Shown here one piece after another: positions 57,301 to 64,000 of a stretch of 64,000 nucleotides of DNA (positions are counted from its first letter, which is position 1; every line of letters begins with the position of its first letter). A program made the translations under genes and the position numbers. Source of the DNA: the human T2T-CHM13v2.0 reference genome, Homo sapiens. The notes beneath the pieces are model-generated. The model was not told where the DNA came from and did no database searches. It saw only the letters and a program-made list of their open reading frames with translations. The stretch lies in the NCBI RefSeq assembly GCF_009914755.1, contig NC_060939.1; one strand, written 5' to 3'.

Positions 57301-58548
57301 GCCTGAAGAATGCCACAAGGAGTCATTTGCATTCTTATTGTGATTGTTTAAGGCAAAAACAGCTGTTAAAGAGCACTCAGGGTTGAAGGGTGGATGCTGA
57401 GAATCAGAGAAGTGCCCCCAATGAGTCTCCAAAATGAATAACAGCAGCATCACTGGGACCTTTTCTGTCCCCAAACTTCATAGCTTCTGCTCAACTGCTG
57501 TGAAACATTGCCTCCAGATGCACACTGAGTCAAACATAGACTTGTACATTGTGAGAAATGTGCAGAAATGTTAAAAGGAAAATGATTGTGTATAAGCAGT
57601 CCTTCATTTAGGGGTTTACAAGTCAGTGGTATGTTATAAAGACTTGTGTAGGGGGAGCCTACTCTAAAGCATGCCCTTCAAATGAAGTCTAGTGTGTTTC
57701 TTTCTACTTCTCTGAGCCAGGAGAGCTGGGAGTGTTACTCCAAACCCATTTGTTAGGAGGTCAAGAATGTGACAGAGACAGCTAAGCTAGGCTTGGTAAT
57801 AAATGAAAGATGTAAGAACCTTAAGAATAAAGTCTTCCAAGTTGAGGCTCCGGTAGATAGGAAATAAAGGAAAACAAAACAACTGCCCTTCCTAGTCTGG
57901 GAGGTCAATCAGGATAGCGGGCCCCTTCAATTCAGGGGGTTGTTTGCTGTCCCTGGTGCTGAAAACATACACCCAGGCTTCGCTGCAGAATTTACACTCT
58001 GGGATGCGAGAAGCAAGAAATCCCGCTTATCAAACTAAATACTCTTTCAGCAAAGGCTGATTTCAGGTGACAGGCCTCAAAACATGTTCCAAAAGTCTTT
58101 TTTTTTTTTTTTGTATGTGTGTCATTTCAAACAAAAATAGCCCTGAAGCAACCCTAGTTTTCCTGTGGAACAGTTAATGCGTGCCAAAGTACTGATGTGG
58201 TAGCTCTCCCAAAATTCCCTCATGTTATTCATGAACCTTAAAACCTTGGAAAAGAAAGATTGTAAACAGATGCACCATTGGGGTCTACAGTCCCCACCTA
58301 CTGATTTCTTTTTCTGATACCAGTTGCAGACAATAATTTATATGGCTTGCTATGACTAAATGTTTCTGAAGGAAATATTTGGGTAAAACTTTGCCATGAA
58401 CTGCAACATGGGCCTCTGAATTCCTCTCCTTTCCTAATTTTATTGTCACATTCTGAGAAAATAAACAGGGCATCTATTATGCTAAAGAGAAAGTATAAAC
58501 TCATAAACAACTACATTCTATCTGCCTTTAACCCCCCACCAGGCAAAA

Positions 58549-58560
58549 TACACACACACA

Positions 58561-58603
<43 letters not shown>
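58549..58603. repeat. (CA)n microsatellite (UG repeat in the minus-strand RNA)
   Basis: Direct reading. Confidence 0.92.
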
Positions 58604-58607
<4 letters not shown>

Positions 58608-59206
58608 TCTCAAAAAGTAAAGTCTACCTGAGAAATAACATGAATCTTCCCCCAACAGTACACAAATCTTTGCCAGAGAGAAGAACACTGCTATTTTCTT
58701 TCACATTCAGAGTGAGAATTTTCTTGCCCCAACTTGCTTTCCTTTCATTTTAATTTGACAGTTCCTCAAGCTAATCCACCATGGCCCCCACATAAACAAG
58801 AAGAGTTCTTGATGCTGTGAAGTGAGAGAAAAATAACATGAGTCATTTTCTGTTGCCTCCACATCTGATAGAATTGGAGGAGCCTTTACTTTGGGATATG
58901 AATACAATCAATCTTTTCTAGCCTGGAAAAGGAAGTATCCTAAGAAAGGCTAAACTCTCAGAGAAGGGGCAGATGGTGAGAAAGCATTGAAATAAGTTCT
59001 TGTTGTGCCTGTTAACATATCAGGTCAAACTTTCTCTACCTGGTGAGTTATTCCCCAAATGATATCTCTGAAATCCTTAAATAATCAGCCTTGTCTTTAG
59101 GAAGTTATATAGTGAAATGAGCTTGTTCAAGGAAGGCTTTAACAGTACTGTGAAGGAGGTCATCCCCTCCAGATTATCAGAATAAATTATGAAACTTCAC
59201 CCTGAA

Positions 59207-59465
59207 CCAGTGACTAAGCCAAATAGATAAAGCATCCCCCTGTCTCCTTGTATTTTTTAGAGCATTCTCCATGGCTAGATACTCAAAGTGAAAAATGCTA
59301 ATGGCAAAACTTCTAAAAAACAGACACCAGCAAAAATTTAAGGAAGATATGCCTCAAAACACGTCTCAAAAGCGGCTCTCAGTCTCTCAGCTCAGCACCC
59401 AGCAAGACTGCATGCAACTGCCCAGAGAGTGGGCTCTATTATTTGTCTGGCCCTGTACAGTTCAC
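59207..59465 (+). repeat. Copy 1 of ~258-bp dispersed direct duplication
   Basis: CCAGTGACTAAGCCAAATAG...CCCTGTACAGTTCAC also occurs at 60379-60634. Confidence 0.95.
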
Positions 59466-60378
59466 CTTCTCCAATTTCACATCATAATTTAAAATCTCAG
59501 TGGTAACCCAATTTGGACTCTCATTTCGAAAGCTGGGATGCTTTTTGTCTACTGAACAGTAGTCCGAAACAGAGGTGTTGCTTTTCTACATAAGAAAAAC
59601 AAAAATTGAGCCCAATCTTTTGTCATCAAGATTGCCTCTGTATGAGGCAAAAGTTAAAGAGAAAAGAGAAGCTGAGAGAGCCTGAACTTGAGCAAAATAT
59701 TTGTGAATTTTCTAGGATTTGGGGTATGCAGCTTTATTCTGATTTCTTTCTGGAGTGATCAAAATACTTTTAGAAAATCATGTATAGCATTTTGTCAGAT
59801 ACACTGCAAGTGATTGTTGCTTGGAGATCTATGAAAAATAACATTTGAGAAAATTTTACTTGCCAAGTAGTCACTAATACAGAGTACTTATAATAGTGGC
59901 TTGTCATCACAAACACCTGGGATTTTTTAGGGGCTGTAAATGACAGAATACTGTGACTTTGGCATTCTGGCCTCAGGATTCATTATCAAGGGTTTCATTT
60001 TCATTCAGAAACATTTCTCCGTGGGAATCCCACTCACACGTATTTTTGTTGGCACTTGGGCCTATTAAAGGTGTGGTCTAGCATTTGCTTTTCACTCATC
60101 TTAAGATTATTTTCCCATGTACAAATGCTGGTCCTGGCATGAACAGGGTACCACTTAAAAATCATTATCCCTTCAGATGCTCCCTGAAAAATTAGTTATA
60201 CCACCAAATTTATAGAGAAAGTTTCACAGAGTCCTATTTTTACAAAGCATTATGTTGAAATTGACAGAACCTTATGAAAGCAAGAGTTGATGGCAAGGAA
60301 TTAAATGCAGCAGAAGATGCCATTTTGCTACAAAATGTCAGAGTTCCAAGCCTGAAAACAAACTCTAATTGTCCCTTT

Positions 60379-60634
60379 CCAGTGACTAAGCCAAATAGAT
60401 AAAGAATCCCCCTGTCTCCTTGTATTTTTTAGAGCATTCTCCATCACTAGATACTCAAAGCAAAAAATGCTAATGGCAAAACTTCTAAAAAACAGACACC
60501 AGCAAAAATTTAAGGAAGATATGCCTCAAAATGTGTCTCAAAAGCGGCTCTCAGTCACTCAGCTCAGCACCCAGCAAGACTGTATGCAACTGCCCAGAGA
60601 GTGGGCTCTATTTGTCTGGCCCTGTACAGTTCAC
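60379..60634 (+). repeat. Copy 2 of ~258-bp dispersed direct duplication
   Basis: About 10 substitutions and one 3-bp indel relative to copy 1 (manual alignment). Confidence 0.95.
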
Positions 60635-60649
60635 AGAGTATGTTAACAG

Positions 60650-60800
60650 TTATGATCTCATTTAGGGCTCAAATAACCCTCTGTGGCATGCAGGGGGTTG
60701 ATAGTAGTTCTATTTTGTATGTTAAGAAACTGAGGTAAAGGGCAGACAATGTTTTTCCAAGATCTCTCAGCAGGAAATAGAAATGTGCAAGTTCTCTGCC
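60650..60800 (-). mobile_element. MIR SINE
   Basis: ATCTCATTT...TATTTTGTATGTTAAGAAACTGAGG core. Confidence 0.5.
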
Positions 60801-60986
60801 TCCTATTCCCATTATCCTCCCTCTACCACACTTTCCATCTGTTTTGCCATTTTATCCTAGAAAGCATTCATAATAGACCCCAACTCTTTCCTAAAGAAAT
60901 AAAAGTGAAAAAAATTATAAATCTCATTGAATATATTAGAAGGAATCAAGAAAAGAAACAATATGGAACTATCCCCAGCATTAAAA

Positions 60987-61120
60987 AGTATACATTTACA
61001 TATATATGTAAATATATATATATATATATACACACACACCCCTATATATATGTAAACTATATATATCCCATATAATAATAATCATATATACATGGGATTA
61101 TTTTAATATGTATATATATT
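60987..61120. repeat. (TA)n-rich low-complexity tract
   Basis: Direct reading. Confidence 0.85.
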
Positions 61121-64000
61121 AAAATAAGGGATTGGGTTAGACATTATGAATTTGTTTTTAATAGTAAATATGGTTATTTGTGTTTTTCAGAGCCATTTAA
61201 GGAACAGAGTTGAAGTATCTATTGATACATAATGATTTGGGGAATAGATGGTTTGGTCTTCCAGCTCCTTCAGCAATTTCTTCTATCTCTTTGTTTCTAG
61301 AAAGGAAGCATATTATCAGGTTCAGTTCTGTGCTTAAGATATAAACCTCTCTGGTGCCATCACAGAAAAGGTTTCATTTGATTGAAAAAGGCTTTTTTTT
61401 CCCCCTCAAGATTTGGATGCTGCTGCAAATCTGTGTGTCAATATTATAGTCACTTCACTAAATAAATAAATGCTTTGCTGACATGTGGAACTCCTCATCT
61501 ATAGAAATATAGCATATCCACTCTCATAGGGGCCTAGAAAAAATGAAAATTATGTTTTACCATTTATCCATATAGTTAACAGCCAGAAAACAACAGAGGA
61601 AATTAAAAGAAAAAGTGTTTGGAGAAAGGCTCCCCTTTCCTAACCAAGCCAGAAGGATGGTTTGACTTCAAAAAGACAGACTGAGGCATTATAATAGGCT
61701 TGTTGTCCCAGAGTCTCTTGTGCAAAAGCAACTGATGAGGCGCTAATGAGGCACTAATCACTTGGTCCAGGGGGCTGGAAAGATACTGATGGCTGGGAGA
61801 ACACACTTGTTTTCCTCTCTGAAAACCTAGGCTAAATCCCAAGCTTGGTTGATGTGCAGGCTAGGAAAGAGGGAGATGAGCCAATAGGGCTTTCCCTGGC
61901 TTTTCCCTGGCCTTAAAGGGTGGGGTGGGGAGCAGGGAATGGACAGCAAGTGTTCAGAGTTTGGACAGCTTCCAAAGGAGGGTCACAAGAGATAAACTGC
62001 CATAAAACAAAAATGGGACTGACTCCTCAGTGTGGGGGGGATGTTTGCAAACTTGTTCAGGGCAGGATCTTGAGATGGTATATAATATTTCAGTGATAAC
62101 CAACTTGAGCAATGGATGAGAAACAGATTGGCTTGCCCCATCTCTGGAATTAGAGGGGCACAGGACTGCAACTAGTTGTCAGATGCCCACATTAAGCTAA
62201 GGACACTCAAGTGACAATCTAGCAGGCTTGCTCCTAGCCCAGTGCTCTTCTCCTGCCCCATGCTAACCGTTTTGGTTCACGTTCTAATTCAATTTGAGTG
62301 TCTGAGCTTCATATCTGACTACTTGTTTCAGCCACAAGATAGGTTCAATAACCTGCTTAAACTACTTCACATTTATATTTGCACTTACTACTATTTGTTA
62401 CTCAGGAACAAATTCAGTACCATTTCCCCCAGAAAATTAATTAATTAAATAAAATCTGAATCAAGTTTTTGTTTCTCGAAGAAAACCAGTCCTATCTTTA
62501 AATATGAAGGTTTAAAGAAACTCAAGATGTAGTCTCCCTTGAAAAAGCCTTAATTTCATGAGCTCCAAAGTGCAGAAAGTCAAAGGGTATGTGTCGATAA
62601 TAAGAGGAAAGATGAGCTATAGATGACTTTAAGAAATCACACATGTGATGCACACTTCATTGCAAATGCATGCACACAAAGATCAACGGAAGCGACACAA
62701 ATGGGGCATATGGATTTGTATACCAGTAGGATTGTGGAGGCTTTTGTGTGTGTGTGTGCGCATATATGTACACACGAATAAGTATAACATAAATAATTAA
62801 AAACGTGAATGTAGTTTGCACTATGAGCACGAGCACCTAGAATAAAACACAATGTTGATAATTGCTTTTAAATAAAGTCATCAAGATTGCCTCCGTATGA
62901 TTTTTACCTTTTTCAGCCCAGAAAGATATCTTTCCAATTCATAAACACAGTGTCCTTGGCTGGAAACTTCCAATTCTCCTAAAGAAATACCTAAGAATAT
63001 GCAAGGAGATTCTTATTATTTAAATGAAAGACAAGAGGCAAGTAGGAAAAACAATTTCAAAGGGAATTAGAATCAGTAAAATCTCAGAGAAAATTGTTAT
63101 CCAGACTTCAGGGTAACGTATTCTAAAACCCTGAGGTAAGTTTCCAAAGACGCCTGCAACCATGCTGAGCAACTCTGTGGAGTCTGAAGGTGACTGAATC
63201 TAACCTGAAGGCCTTTTCTCAAAACTTTGGATGTAATCAATGGCCCTATTTTGCAGAAAAGTTGCAATTTCAGCTTTGAGGTTCTATGTGGCTGTTGTGC
63301 CACAATGTGGAATTATAGAGTGAGTCTGGCTCATTCTGGAGCCAACCACTCCTTAAAGAGATGACAAACCAGTGCTTAGAAAACAGCTACATCTTTTGTC
63401 CCAGTTGGGAGAAACAGGAGCTGTGGCTGCCTCTCTTGTAAGGACCATAGGAAAGACCTGCACAAAAGACAAACACCTTGTCCTTCAGAATCCATCTGTC
63501 CGGCCTAGACGCAGTCATGACCTTGTTGCAATGGGATCTTGAATCCCTAGAGGATTGCAGAGCCCAGAGCAGGGCTCAATGACTTAGGACACACTAATTC
63601 CTTTTAAACCATTTCACTTTGTGCAGCATTAAGATATGCTGTGAAACTGTCATCAGCAGAGTGTTTTTCATGCCTTAATTTGCAGTTCCCTCAGGGGAAA
63701 CCCAATACAATGACAATCTCTGTCACTCTAAGCAGAAAGCCTGGCTCAGCATCATGGTCAGAGAAGGCCCAAACTCCCTCTCCTAGGGTCAGATCTCAGC
63801 CACGGCTCCTCTGCTCCTGGAGGCTAAAAGTTTATGGACAGAGAAAGCAGAGTCAGTGGGGAGAGGAGGGTTGCTGAGGGTGGGCCACCACGGGTTCCAG
63901 ATGGGATTTGTGGAGACACATCACATGCATCTCAATGAGCTTTGCAGTAAAATTCACTGCACAGAGGTTAATCTAGATGTCAACATCGTCTGACAGCACT

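Larger units (their letters stand above)
54323..64000 (-). other. NTRK3: Distal part of a very long 3'UTR (terminal exon), probably NTRK3; the CDS lies beyond the window
   Basis: Seen: about 9.7 kb with no Alu or L1, a terminal poly(A) signal and no coding exon. Recalled, not verified: a ~5.9-kb HERV-H lies about 28.6 kb from the annotated long-isoform 3' end of minus-strand NTRK3 on 15q25, matching the spacing here. Confidence 0.65.

Noticed and set aside
54323-64000. GRIN2A as owner of the long 3'UTR
   Set aside because: The sequence does not match my recollection of that UTR, whereas the HERV-H length and spacing fit the NTRK3 neighbourhood; still unverified.

Overview
Primate (very probably human) genomic DNA: AT-rich, CpG-depleted and full of Alu, L1, MIR, LTR and DNA-transposon relics. 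No intact cellular protein-coding exon is visible; the ORF-track entries with recognisable homology all come from transposons. Positions 1-54.3 kb look intergenic. The main structure is a nested retroelement stack at about 25.2-36.5 kb: an old L1MA8-like element contains a younger L1PA, whose 5'UTR is split by a complete two-LTR HERV-H provirus (25679-31596, GGCGC target-site duplication (TSD), LTR7up-like LTRs). That L1PA also has a deletion of about 3.1 kb, which removes ORF1, the endonuclease domain and exactly the ORF0 start codon, and leaves an open 270-codon RT-core ORF about 320 nt downstream of the 3' LTR. A near full-length dead Hsmar1 mariner lies at about 22.1-23.4 kb. From about 54323 to the end of the window the sequence is almost free of interspersed repeats and begins with a minus-strand poly(A) site. 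I read this as the distal part of a very long minus-strand 3'UTR, most likely NTRK3 on 15q25; that identification comes from recalled annotation spacing and needs BLAT. The UTR contains an unexplained ~258-bp dispersed direct duplication and a second 24-nt repeated motif. Repeat subfamily names and most repeat boundaries are by-eye estimates.
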